Source of the DNA: Octopus vulgaris
Lineage: Eukaryota
Direction of reading: 5' to 3'
DNA length: 64,000 nt
NCBI GenBank assembly: GCA_951406725.2
Contig: OX597815.1
Coordinates: 162,006,001 to 162,070,000, forward strand
Made by a program: the position numbers and the translations under genes. The notes beneath the pieces are model-generated. The model saw nothing but the letters and a program-made list of their open reading frames with translations. It ran no database searches and had not been told where the DNA came from. The stretch's first letter is position 1; every line of letters begins with the position of its first letter. Below, in pieces: positions 38,845-50,952 of the stretch.

Positions 38845-40298
38845 ATTGGTGACCAAGTCAGTAGTGGGGGTGGGTGTGCTGAAAGTGTAACGGCTAGAGT
38901 AAGAATAGCCTGGGCAAAGTTTAGGGAGCTCTTACCTCTGTTGGTGACTAAAGGCCTCTCGCTCAGAGTAAAAGGCAGACTGTATGATGCATGTGTACGA
39001 ACAGCCATGCTACATGGCTGTGAAACATGGGCCGTGACTGCTGAGGACATGCGTAAGCTCGCGAGAAATGAAGTTAGTATGCTCCGTTGGATGTGTAATG
39101 TCAGTGTTCATAGTCGACAGAGTGTAAGTACCTTGAGAGAAAAGTTGGACATAAGAGAAATCAGATGTTGTGTGCAAGAGAGACGATTGCGCTGGTATGG
39201 TCATGTGGTGAGAATGGATGAAGATAGGTGTGTGAAAAAGTGCCACACCCTAGCGGTTGAGGGGACCTGTGGAAGAGGTAGACCCAGGAAAACCTGGGTC
39301 GAGGTGGTGAAGCACGACCTTCGAACTCTAGGTCTCACCAAGGAAATGACCAGAGACCGAGACCTATGGAAGTATGCTGTGCGTGAAAAGACCCGGCAAG
39401 ACCAGTGAGAACAATCAAAATCAAATCATATATCAGAAAGCAGGGGTTAAGTGACCCATCCGTTCGTGTCCGCTGTCAGCCTCGTCTGGCACCTGTGCCG
39501 GTGATACGTAAAAGCACCATTCGCTCATGGCCGTTTGCCAGCTCTGCCTGGCCCCGTGTCGGTGGCACATAAAAGCACCATCCGTTCGTGTTCGTTGCCA
39601 GCCTCACCTGGCCCCGTGCCGGTGACACGTAAAAGCACCGTCCGTTCGTGGCCGTTTGCCAGCTCTGTCTGGCCCCGTGTCGGTGGCACGTAAAAGCACC
39701 ATCCGTTCGTGACCGTTTGCCAGCTCTGTCTGGCCCCGTGTTGGTGGCACGTAAAAGCACCATCCGTTCGTGTCCGTTGCCAGCCTCGGCTGGCCCCCGT
39801 GCCGGTGACACGTAAAAGCACCGTCCGCTCGTGGCCCTTGCCAGCTCTGTCTGGCAACCGTGTCGGTGGCACGTAAAAGCACCATCCGTTCGCGTCCGTT
39901 GCCAGCCTCGGCTGGCCCCCGTGCCGGTGACACGTAAAAGCACCGTCCGTTCGTGGCTGGTTGCCAGCTCTGTCTGGCCCCGTGTTGGTGGCACGTAAAA
40001 GCACCATCCGTTTCGTGTCCGTTGCCAGCATCGCCTGGCCCCGTGCCGGTGACACGTAAAAGCACCATCCGTTCGTGGCCGTTCGCCAGCTCTGTCTGGC
40101 ACCTGTGCAGGTGGCACGTAAAAACACCCACTACACTCGTGGAGTGGTTGGCGTTAGGAAGGGCATCCAGCCGTAGAAACACTGCCAGATCTGACTGGGC
40201 CTGACGAAGCCTTCCAGCTTCACAGACCCCAGTTGACCCGTCCAACCCATGCTAGCATGGAAAGCGGACGCTAAACGATGATGATGATGATGATGATG
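38845..40298 (+). mobile_element. 5'-truncated RTE-clade LINE: RT C-terminal ORF (to 39408), 3' UTR VNTR and (GAT)n tail
   Basis: Uninterrupted GDQVSSGGGCAESVTARVRIAWAKFRELLPLL...LYDACVRTAMLHGCETW...RRLRWYGHVVRM...GRGRPRKTW, the typical RTE post-RT region. Confidence 0.92.
39455..40125 (+). repeat. About 61-bp GC-rich minisatellite (about 11 units) in the RTE 3' UTR
   Basis: taaaagcacc recurs every 60-62 nt from 39509 to about 40060; two unit variants largely alternate. Confidence 0.92.
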
Positions 40299-40300
40299 AT

Positions 40301-41075
40301 ATACAGAGTGGGATGGGTAAATTGTCACCATTTTATATTTTTAATTTTGCGCATGCACATTGTTTGTTTTTGATTTTGTTGACTTCAGAGTAGAGGAGGG
40401 TCAGTTGGGCACCATCTGTGAGAAAAACAGCACCATGACACAATTCACTTGCCAGAAATTTGGAAACAACATGCTGTGCTGCTTAACATTCACACCTGAA
40501 GCTCCAATACGAACATTTCAGAGTGTATGGGTGTCAATCTGAAGACATGTGCTGAGAGTGATAAAAATCAAACATCCAGTCAACATCACGGTGTTTGGCA
40601 TGATCACTAGCGATGGTGACATTATGCCTCCATTTGTCATCCCACATAGTCTCAGGCTCAACACAGAGGCCTACATCAAGTGCTTGGAGGAGGTAGTGCT
40701 GCCCTGGGTCAACAGGGTTGCTGCTGGAAGACCCTATGTCTGGCAACAGGACTCTGCACCAATCCACACAAGCAGGAGAATGCAGTCATGGCTGTCAGAC
40801 AACTTCTGCAACCACATCAACCCTAACATCTGGCCACCTAACTCCCCAGACTGCAACCCCTTTGATCATTATGTGTAGGGTGCAGTTGAGCAAGAGATCA
40901 ACAAAACTCCTTGTAACACCAAAGATGAACTGAAGGCAAGAATTATGGCAGCATTCACCAACTTAAACAAGGAGATGGTCCAGAAGAGGTGCAGGAGATT
41001 CCAAAGTTATCTGAAGGCTGTGCTTGAAGCCAATGGCAATTTTATTGAATAAATTTACTCTTTAATATTTCTTAA
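40301..41075 (+). pseudogene. Internally deleted maT (D,D37D) Tc1/mariner-superfamily transposon
   Basis: WQQDSAPIH...WPPNSPDCNPFD has 37 residues between the two Asp. After one TAG the frame continues GAVEQEINK...LEANGNFIE* (41052). 5' TIR-like tacagagtgggatgggtaaattgtcacc. Confidence 0.88.
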
Positions 41076-41125
41076 ATTTTTAAACTTCTTTTGCTATATC
41101 AGCTCTTTCTGTAGTTTATGCCTGT

Positions 41126-41354
41126 TTAACCCTTTCGTTACTGAATTTATTTTAAGATGCTCAGTGTTTCTTCCAATTATGTTAAATATAACAAAGAATT
41201 AAGTAAAATAACATTGTTATCATTAAGCTAGAGTTAGGGACATAAATTGTGACTAAGGTTTCATGGAAGGTTTTAATTCAGAACTTTTGAAAACCAGAAA
41301 TTTGTACTAAAGAGCCAGAGCCGGTTTCAGCCGGGTTGGTAACGAAAGGGTTAA
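41126..41354. mobile_element. piggyBac-type MITE (family 2)
   Basis: TTAA-CCCTTTCGTTAC ... GTAACGAAAGGG-TTAA. Confidence 0.92.
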
Positions 41355-42086
41355 TACTAAGTGTATTTGAGAGTTTTGAGAAATTCTCAACTAGAGTGCC
41401 TATTTTTGATAAATGTTTCTGTGCTTCTTTGTATATTGAGTGCAACATTTTGCTTTTGCAGTGTTCAGTAACTTTTCATAGAAGTGTGTTTTGCCTTTTT
41501 CTCTTGGAGGTAAATATCTCGTACAGATGAACTAGTTTCATTCACCATCTAAATTGTTCAAGGTTTTCAATCTGCCTAGGGAAATATGTGCTAAGTATTT
41601 CAGTTTTTCATTGATGTAGTCTAAATTTCTTCAGTAGTTTTCTTGTTTACATCTTTTTTTGTCTCTTGCACATTCCAGTTTACCATATTGTTGAATACTT
41701 GAGGGTATAAGAAAAAGTTCTGACTTTCTCTTGGGAGCAAAATCAACCAAACTAAGCATGACTAGTTCCATTAAAAGGAAAGATTTTGCAACACTTAAAA
41801 CTAATAATACAGAATGTTTGTATGCTGTGAGCATTTTATATTCATGAAAACTTAATAATAATGAGGATGATTTTCTAATATGCCCTGATTAGATTACTGG
41901 TATAGTAAAACAGTATAATACAATGAAACTCAACATTATTGATTGGGTGGGCAGTAGTTAAAATCCACCACACTTTTTGGGAGTACTCAAAAGTATCTTA
42001 AGCAAAAATGTTGAGGTACATATGCATATGTTATCTCTATTGGAAACAGAAAAATCAGCCTCAAATACACTCTGTCTGACCCATGC

Positions 42087-42406
42087 AGTGGGGGCACATG
42101 GCCTAGTGGTTAGAGCAGCAGACTTGCAGCTGAGGGATTGCAGGTTTGAATCTCAGACTGGGTGATGCGTGTGTTTATGAGTGAAACATCTAAGCTCTAC
42201 GCAGCTCCAGCAGAAGGTAATGGCAAACTTCTGCTAATTCTTTTGCCACAACTTTCTCTCACTCTTTCCTCCTGCATCTAGCAGCTCACTTATGACAGAC
42301 CAGTGTCCCATCCATTTAGGGAACCTATACACCAATGAAACCAGGAAACCGGCTCTGATGAGCCAGGCATGGCTTGAGAAGGAACAAACAACAACAACAA
42401 CAACAA
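42087..42406 (+). mobile_element. tRNA-derived SINE, head A with V-like tail and (CAA)n end
   Basis: 11-bp TSD ctgacccatgc (42076-42086 and 42407-42417); A and B boxes present. Confidence 0.92.
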
Positions 42407-42418
42407 CTGACCCATGCC

Positions 42419-42637
42419 AGGTGGCGAGCTGGCAGAAACGTTAGCACACCGGGCGAAATGCTTAGTAGTATTCCATCTGCCGCTACATTGTGAGTTTAAA
42501 TTTGCCTTTCATCCTTTCGGGGTCGATTAAATAAGTACCAGTTACACACTGGGATCGATATAATCAACTTAATCCGTTTGTCTGTCCTTGTTTGTTCCCT
42601 CTATATGTAACCCCTCGTGGGCAGTAAAGAAATAAGA
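42419..42637 (+). mobile_element. Family C SINE
   Basis: ggtggcgagctggcagaaacgttagc head, Meta-like core and agaaata tail. Confidence 0.85.
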
Positions 42638-44294
42638 AGCATAGTAAAGTGGATGTTAAAATGATGATGATGATGATTATGATAATGATGACGATGACAA
42701 TGACAATGGTGATGATGATGAGCTATGATACTTGGGAGATACATTAGATATGCTTCAGAGAGACCTACAAAAGCTCTTCAGATAGCTCTTAGACCTATTC
42801 AATCCTTTAACACATGAAATTGTAGCTATATGATAGTATCTAAATGTAATGAGTGTCATAAAAAGTAACTTATTTTCTGGATCAGCACCACTCCAACTCT
42901 ACCCCAAGCTGCTTGGCTTCATCACTGATCTCATATGTATGACAGGGCTAACTTGTGTTCCACCAAGTACATAAAGGACAGTAAATAAGTGACTTGATGT
43001 CTTATCATTTTAGTTAAGATGGTTGTACAGACAGTAAGATAAAGCTTATCTTTGGTATTTTAAATACGGTCTAAGGGAACAGCTAAAAGTAGAAATGATC
43101 CATTTAATGGGAACATTTTGTTTTTTTCTGAAAACCATGTAGGTAAATATTAGAAAATACAATTCATGTTGTTGTTTTGGCATTAGGAAGGGCATCCAAC
43201 CATAAAAACCTAGCTAAAGCAGACATTGGAACCCATGGTGATGATGACGATGATGACAACAATGGCAGTGACGATGGTGATGATGATGATGGTGGTGAGT
43301 TGATCAAAGACTTTGCAATTAAAAAAAGTAGGAGAAAAATTTTCAAATATAAATAAAGTGAAAGTATACAATGTTAGTTTTGTTTTATTTTGGAAAATAA
43401 AAATTCATCTCATGGTTTATTATTGTTTATATTTTGAATTACACACATACAGGGACACTAAAATCTTTTAAGTGCTTAGGGCCTTTATGGGCTTAATCCA
43501 GCTTTAAGTGTTATCTAGCATTTTCAATGTAGCAATATGTGTTAGACCTCTGTATGCCTTCTTATAATCCATCCATGCGATCTCCAGGAATATATGGTTT
43601 TCCTTTTCATCTTGCAATTTTCTTTAGCTTTTTTGTCTGTTAAGGGTTCTTCCTTGTACCCATCACTCATTTTTCTTTTGCTTTGCACACTTTCTGTTCA
43701 GCTGGCAACAGTTTGTTTTCATCAAAACCAGTGTATTGTTCACATATTCTCTCTATATACAGACTGCCTGATTTAAACTCATTTCAGAGATGACATGAAT
43801 ATGTGACATTGATAAGCTGCAACTATGGTGAAATGTACACCTGTCACTCTTGTAATCACTTTCAGTCCAATTTCGTTCTGCCTAACTCTGAAGTATATTG
43901 TGTTTTTTTAACACAACACATCAATAAAAGGATTTCTCCTGCATTAAAAACTGCAGCTTCTGGCTTCTCAGTGATACACATGTTAAGTATGTTATATAAA
44001 GATTTTAGAAATGAATTATTTAGCTAAATACATTGTAATTTATCAGGAGACTTATAACAACTTGTAACACTAAAAAATTTCAATTTTGTCAGTTTTCTGT
44101 AGTAGTAAAATGTTAGCCACCAGAAATCTTACTGGGAGTCAATGTCATGGGCAAAGTTTTGATTGCATTGCTATTTAGCATATGCTGTGACTTTTATCCA
44201 AAAGTATGACTTTTTATTCCTCAGTAATTTTCTTCGATTGATTCAAGATTTGATCTTTTCAGCTTTTTTTCATGTCCAAAACTGTTTTATATTT

Positions 44295-44512
44295 CAGTTC
44301 TATATTTAAGAGATTTGCATTATTTACATTTGAAATTATTTGAAATTATTTACATTATTTACATTTGACGGGTATTTTTGTCCTTATCTTGTTTGTTGTT
44401 AACACAACATTTCCGCTGATATACCTTCCAGCCTTCATCAGGTGTTTTGGGGAAATTTCAAACCTAGGTTCACATTCCTAAGATATTTTTCCATGTTGTT
44501 GTCGTTGTTGTT

Positions 44513-44547
<35 letters not shown>

Positions 44548-44741
44548 CATTATTATTATTATTATTTAGGTCACTTCCTGGAATCAAACTCGGAATCTAG
44601 GGGTTAGTAGCCCGCGCTCTTAACCACTACACCTTTCCCCAAGACACCTGATGAAGGCTGGAGAGTATATCAGCCGAAACGTTATGTTAACAACAAACAA
44701 AATGAGGACAAATATCTGTCAAATGTAAATAATGTAAATAA
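44295..44741 (-). mobile_element. tRNA-headed hammerhead-bearing element with inverted 3' duplication
   Basis: 12-bp TSD tgttttatattt (44283-44294 and 44742-44753). tRNA-like head at 44633-44569, (AAT)n, HHR core 44446-44401 (-) and inverted HHR copy 44643-44688 (+). Confidence 0.88.
44643..44688 (+). ncRNA. Minimal type-I hammerhead ribozyme motif
   Basis: GACAC-CTGATGA-A-GGCTG-gagagtatat-CAGCC-GAAA-CG-TT-ATGTT, with one stem I mismatch and palindromic AACGTT in place of a full stem III. Confidence 0.75.
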
Positions 44742-46111
44742 TGTTTTATATTTGCTGGACTGCAATTCACTGAACTTTTTTTGTTCAAGTGTCTTTTCTT
44801 CCATATTTCAGGCCCAAATTTTTCATTTCCTGTGAGGGAAATCTACATTTTTTTTTGTTTGTATCTTCCTGATTTACTTCATAGTTTATTTAAAAAAAGT
44901 CTTTCTAATTTCATTAATAATTATATTTTTGTATACACTGTTTGTGTTTCTTTTCAGATCATCTGATCTATGGGGCTTTTACAACAATTAGCCTTTCCCA
45001 AATCTTCATATTTCCGACTTATTTCTTAGTTTATCATTACAAATATCTTTTTTTTTTTCATTTTCTTCTTATATTTTACCTATCTCTGTTGATTTAGCAT
45101 TTCTGCTAATATTATAAAGTCCTTTCTGTTTCATTAAATCTATTTCTGTAAATTTATTTTTCTAAGGTGGTTTACTTTTCATTTCCTTATTTAACACACA
45201 CACACACACACACACTCAAGCATACACACACACACACTCAAGCACACAAACTCACATAGGCATACACACATACATACATACATACACATACATACATACA
45301 CATACATACATACACATACATACATACATACACAAGAATACACACTCAAGCACACTCACATACACAGATATACACATACTCACATACACACACACTCAAG
45401 CACACAAATACACACGTACACACACACACATATGTTCTCATTATCCTTTGCACTTTATGCTAACCGTTGTATAATAGATGTGATTTATATTTGCTATATC
45501 CATTTCATTTGTTTATATTGCAAAGAATTTTTTGCATTCATTGCTTGCAATGTAGTTTCCTCTCTTTATTTAATCCATAAATGCTTTGCTTCTTCAATTC
45601 TTATTCTTATTCCTTCTATCAGATTTTCCATCCTATTTATGGTGTTCTTACCATTTATATTTTATTGGGAGTTTCTTCTGTTCTTTTGCAATATATCTGT
45701 TTTATTATCCCGTTTTGCTCCTAACTGAGCAAACCAAGAATTAAAGGAATCCCAGCCATAAACATCATCTCTTTTATTCAGCTTTAGTGTGTCTAAGACT
45801 ATATTTTCCAATGAATCTTCCATTTTTTTTTTTTTACTTTTTCCAAAACAGCAGGATGGAGTTTGATGAAAAATTTGGCAGCAACTTTTCAAAAAGGCCA
45901 AAGAATCATATGAAGATCCTTTTGTTCGGCGTGTTTGTTGCTTTGTATGAAATTAGACTCAACTAGTTTCACATATAGGCACAGGCATAGTAATGTTGTT
46001 AAATAGCTTGTTTTGTAAACCACAAGGCTTTGGGTTCAACCCCACTAAGTGCCAGCAGGGGTAAGTGTCTTCTGTTATAACACCAGGCCAACTAATGCCA
46101 ACTAATGCATG

Positions 46112-46144
<33 letters not shown>

Positions 46145-46261
46145 GTCATCATTATTATCATCATTTAACATCCGTTTTCCATGCAGGCATGGGTTGGACG
46201 GCTTGACAGAAAATGGCAAAACTAGGGGGCCACACTACACACATGTATATTCATACATTCT

Positions 46262-46301
<40 letters not shown>

Positions 46302-46658
46302 TACACACATACACACACATATATATATCTGAGTGTTTGTGTGTTTGTGCATGCATGTGTAAATTATGAATTTAATGTTATGTAATCAACAAAAACATAA
46401 GAAAAAGTCCAAACCACTTCCAGACAACTACACTAATGGGCATCAAAGACAGAGAATCCCTCATATTTTTCTGGGACAACTTGACAACATTAATACTAAC
46501 AAAACCAGCAATGTGACCACAACTATGCTACAGAATATTTGCTCACCAAACATAAAATTGATTTCATGCATAAACAAAAAAAATAATAATGGAGTGGATG
46601 ATGGACATATGGTTATAATATATATATATATGTATGTATGTCTATCTATCTATCTATC

Positions 46659-46731
<73 letters not shown>

Positions 46732-46762
46732 CTCCATATATATATGTATGTATGTATATATG

Positions 46763-46793
<31 letters not shown>

Positions 46794-46834
46794 GTATATA
46801 TATATGAATATATGTATGAGTGTGTGTGCTTATG

Positions 46835-46930
<96 letters not shown>

Positions 46931-47278
46931 CATATATACATATAGATAAGGAATGCTCAATGGCAATATTTTTATAAGGTTATGAGACATTCATGGTTAA
47001 CTCATTGACAATATTTATGGAAATGAAGTGAAATGACATAATTCAAGAATGGAATTAGGATTCCAGATTTGTTAACCATAAAACTAACTTCTATTATAAC
47101 TGTGTTTCTCTTAATCTGATAATGCCAAATGTTCTGAAAACTGTAAAATTAATGAACTAATGAGGGAACCTATAAATTGCATAAAGCTGTCTGGGGTACA
47201 CTATTTACTTACAAGGGCAGCCTTCAAGATGAATTTATTTCCTTTCATATATGTATGTATATGTATATATATATATAT

Positions 47279-47933
47279 AGCCCTAAGGCTCAAAAATTTA
47301 CTCGTTCTGTCGAAAAGACACTTGTTTGTGACGTCCTGTTTTTGTTGTTATTATTATTATCATTATTGTTTTTACGTATTTTTGTATTCTTATTCGTGTT
47401 ATCATTATTGTTTTTACGTATTTTTGTATTTTTATTCATGTAACATCATCCGGTTTTCCGTCCTTGTTTTGTATACATTCGAGGCTTTCTTCCAAGGAAT
47501 CTAATGCGCTTGGCTTAGATTTTCCTTTAGAGCTGGCCAGATCAGAGCAATCTCAAGATTAATCAGCCAAAATTGCAAAGATGATCCGGTTCTTGACTGA
47601 AGATTGAAGGCTTCGAATGTCCCGTCCGTGTTTTTTGTATCGTCTTCTAAATGTTTTACGTTCTTGTCCCAGTTTGTATTTTTACATTCTACATTGAGAG
47701 AAGAAAGAGATGGACGCTTCAATTCTATGCTGTTGCCGCATTATGTCGTACACGAATGAGAGGATTTGCATCCCCAACCAAGAATTTTTGATGTAACACA
47801 TGTCCTTGTGGAAGTTGTTGTACGCGGCTGAAGAAGGCCACAGACATACATTATGCATTGTTATAAATCTGTCTAATAAAGGCCCGAAACATATGTACCG
47901 CTGAATCCTTCGCATCATGTTTTTATTTTGATC

Positions 47934-47936
<3 letters not shown>
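47279..47936 (+). mobile_element. PLE pseudo-LTR-like repeat between (TA)n tracts
   Basis: CpG-retaining, T-rich block bounded by TA microsatellites that contains a complete HHR. PLE assignment is inferred from the HHR. Confidence 0.55.
47824..47901 (+). ncRNA. Type-I hammerhead ribozyme, GUA cleavage site after 47897
   Basis: GCGG-CTGAAGA-A-GGCC-(41 nt incl. acaga/tctgt stem)-GGCC-C-GAAA-C-ATAT-G-TA-CCGC. All core nucleotides and three stems are present. Confidence 0.85.
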
Positions 47937-47992
<56 letters not shown>

Positions 47993-48094
47993 CACACATA
48001 TATATATATATATGCACACATATATATACATATGTATATATATGCCTCTCTATATATATAACACATAGACACACACACAAACACATATATATGT

Positions 48095-48309
48095 GATAGA
48101 TGCTGAAAAGTTCCTGGCTTTGGGTAAAATAAAGTACAGGAGGATAAATTGATTATGATTTTATCCAATATATTCCCCTCTCAAATTTACACACTTATTG
48201 CAGCAGTCCTTCAGTTCTTCTAAACCCTGTAAATGAACTCAGAAGTTTAGGCCTCCAAACAACCTTGTGCAATATCCTTAAAGCCAGGAACTTTTCAGCA
48301 CCTCATCAT
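48095..48309 (-). mobile_element. mariner-derived MITE
   Basis: tgctgaaaagttcctggcttt / aaagccaggaacttttcagca TIRs; inverse of 24566-24787. Confidence 0.85.
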
Positions 48310-48381
<72 letters not shown>

Positions 48382-48515
48382 ATACATGCGTATGTGCACA
48401 CAAGCACACACACACAAACACACAATTATGTTTTGGGAACAATGGATCTCTGAGCATATAAAGCTATATAAAAAGAATAATATGTAAATATTCTTGTCAC
48501 ATCAACAATACATTC

Positions 48516-48555
<40 letters not shown>

Positions 48556-49269
48556 CATTAAAAATGAAGTTCAATCTTACTTGCTTGCAATGTTACACAC
48601 CCAAACTGGTGCATAACAGGAAAATGCCGTGAAAGTTAACTGCCCCTGAAATATGAATACAAACAGAATAAAACAAGCTTCACATAAATCAGACCAGTGG
48701 TTATTAAGATATTTGGGGTTTGGGGGTATAAATACCCAAAATGGTGCATAATGGGAAAATACTCCAAAAACAAGTTAACCCTGAAAGGGAAGAAATTCTT
48801 ACCTTTCCATGAGACACATTATGATGGGCAAAATATTTTTAAGTAAAAATGACTTTAGAAATACAGTAAATATTTGTAAAAGTCCCTTTTGTTACCTCGG
48901 AGTAACATAGGTTTCTTTCAAGTACATTCAACATATCTCACCTCCAAAGATTTGGCTGTTATTTCTAGCATGCCCTGCTACCACATAACATCTGTTGGCA
49001 AATTTACAGAAAATGAAAGATGGAAACAAGTGTAGGAACAACAAGCTGGTGTATTGGTATAATGCTTGGGAAAAACGGAAAAGTTTTTTTGTTTCAAGCC
49101 TACACTCTTTGACAGAAAGGATTAAGAGGGAAAAAAATAGAGAGAGAATATAAAAAAAGGAAAGAAAAAATGTGCAGAGTTTAACAGTCCAACATGGCGA
49201 GAATACATATGTGTGTGTGTTGTGTGTGTATTTATATATGTATGTGTGTGTGTGTGTGTATACATATAT

Positions 49270-49699
49270 CGAAATCGATCAATGGAAATCGATCAATGGA
49301 AATTGCAGATGTGTTACCAGTGCCGGTGGCATGTAAGAGAACTTTCCGTTTCGCGACCGTTGCCAGCACCGCCCCGTTTCGTGTCCATTGCCAGCCTCGC
49401 CTGGCACATAAAAAGCACCATCCGTTCGTGGCCGTTTGCCAGCTCTGTCTGGCACCAGTGCGGGTGACACGTAAAAAGCACCCACTACACTCACGGAGTG
49501 GTTGGCGTTAGGAAGGGCATCCAGCCGTAGAAACACTGCCAGATTTGACTGGGCCTGATGAAGCCTTCTGGCTTCACAGACCCCAGTAGAACCGTCCAAC
49601 CCATGCTAGCATGGAAAACGGACGCTAAATGATGATGATGATGATGATGATGATATATGTGTGTATGTATATATAAATATATATATATATGTATGTGTT

Positions 49700-49748
<49 letters not shown>

Positions 49749-49920
49749 CCAACTAAACATCATCATCATCGTTTAACGTCCGTTTTCCATGCTAGCATGG
49801 GTTGGACGGTTCAACTGGGGTCTGGGAAGCCAGAAGGCTGCGCCAGGCCCAGTCTGATCTGGCAGTGTTTCTACAGCTGGATGCCCTTCCTAACGCCAAC
49901 CACTCCAAGAGTGTAGTGGC
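49270..49920. mobile_element. Two RTE-tail elements tail-to-tail (49270-49655 +, 49758-49920 -)
   Basis: Both match 40130-40298 and are separated by about 100 nt of microsatellite. Confidence 0.88.
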
Positions 49921-50952
49921 TGCTAATCTACTTAATCCATTTGTCTGTCCTTGTTTGTCCTCTCTGTGTTTAGCACCTTGTGGGTAGTAAAGAAATAGAA
50001 ATAGGTATTTCATCTGTCTTTACATTCTGAGTTCAAATTCTGCCGAGGTTGACTTTGCCTTTCATCCTTTCAATGGCCGATAAATTAAGTACCAGTTGTG
50101 TACTGGGGTCGATCTAATCGACTGACCCCTTTCCCAAAAAACTTCGGGCCTTGTGCCTAGTGTAGAAAAGAAAAAATTAAAAACATTATAATATAGTCGT
50201 ATATGTGAAAAAAAAGACAAGATGATCGTGACTAAAATAACTTTGATCATGGGTCTACCGAATCAGGCCTGCCTGGGGCTAAACAGCAACATCCATCACC
50301 AATAGTGTTACTAATCTCAAGAGATTTTGCTAACTCTTCGGGATCAGGTTTTTCTTTTTTATTTTTAATTGTTTTGACATGACATTAAATTTGATATGCT
50401 TATGGATCCATACTGAATGTCTGACTGACTGTGAAGAGACATTTCTGCTCAATTAGAGATATGTAAAGCTTGCCAACCAGATGTTATCAATAAGGAGAAA
50501 AAAGAACCAGATATTTCTAAGAGAGAAAATAAGAGAATTGCAGCCATTTCCTCTGATATGAAGCCCACTGCTTAGAATTTTCAGATATAATTGATGTCGC
50601 TATGTAATCATGTCTATTAAGGCCAAGATACTTAAAAGCTGGAAACCAATCTACCAGTTGGTTACAAATAACTTGAGATCATTTATTCACAAGCAGTAAC
50701 AAATGATAAATTGGTCACAGAGAATTAAAATTTCCACTGAGTTGGACATTACAATAATTTGTCACAAATGAACTAGCCATGCAGAGACAGTTATTTTTCA
50801 ATCCAGGGAGAAATACTGTGTGTTTAGTCAACACAGAAAAGATAACATTTAAATCTCCCTCAAATCACATAAAGGGGAAAGAATACTGGATTAAATAGTC
50901 CTGAATATATTATGTCTGAATGAAATCTAGAATAGTTGCTGCTTGTATATCA

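Larger units (their letters stand above)
41355..45900 (-). pseudogene. Fragmented, highly decayed R4/NeSL-like (RLE) non-LTR retrotransposon
   Basis: Minus-strand traces LLPAEQKVCK (about 43715-43680), ENCKMKRKT...IAWMDYKKAY (43605-43550) and HCKSKMLHSIYKEAQKHL (about 41465-41410), with A-rich N-terminal-like pieces at 44750-45900. Interrupted by many younger elements. Confidence 0.55.

Noticed and set aside
39455-40125. CRISPR-like array and 200-aa repeat ORFs
   Set aside because: Whole units repeat with no unique spacers, there are no cas genes, and it lies in a LINE 3' UTR.
44569-44633. tRNA gene
   Set aside because: The acceptor stem 5' strand is missing and the B box is mutated; it is an element head, like all tRNA-like sequences here.
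47586-47615. ctgaagattgaaggcttcgaatgtc as a second hammerhead
   Set aside because: No credible stem I, stem II loop too small, and GAAT instead of GAAA.
49088-49120. Minus-strand ctgtcaaagagtgtaggcttgaaac hammerhead-like motif
   Set aside because: Two core changes and no cleavage triplet; possibly a relic but not supportable.
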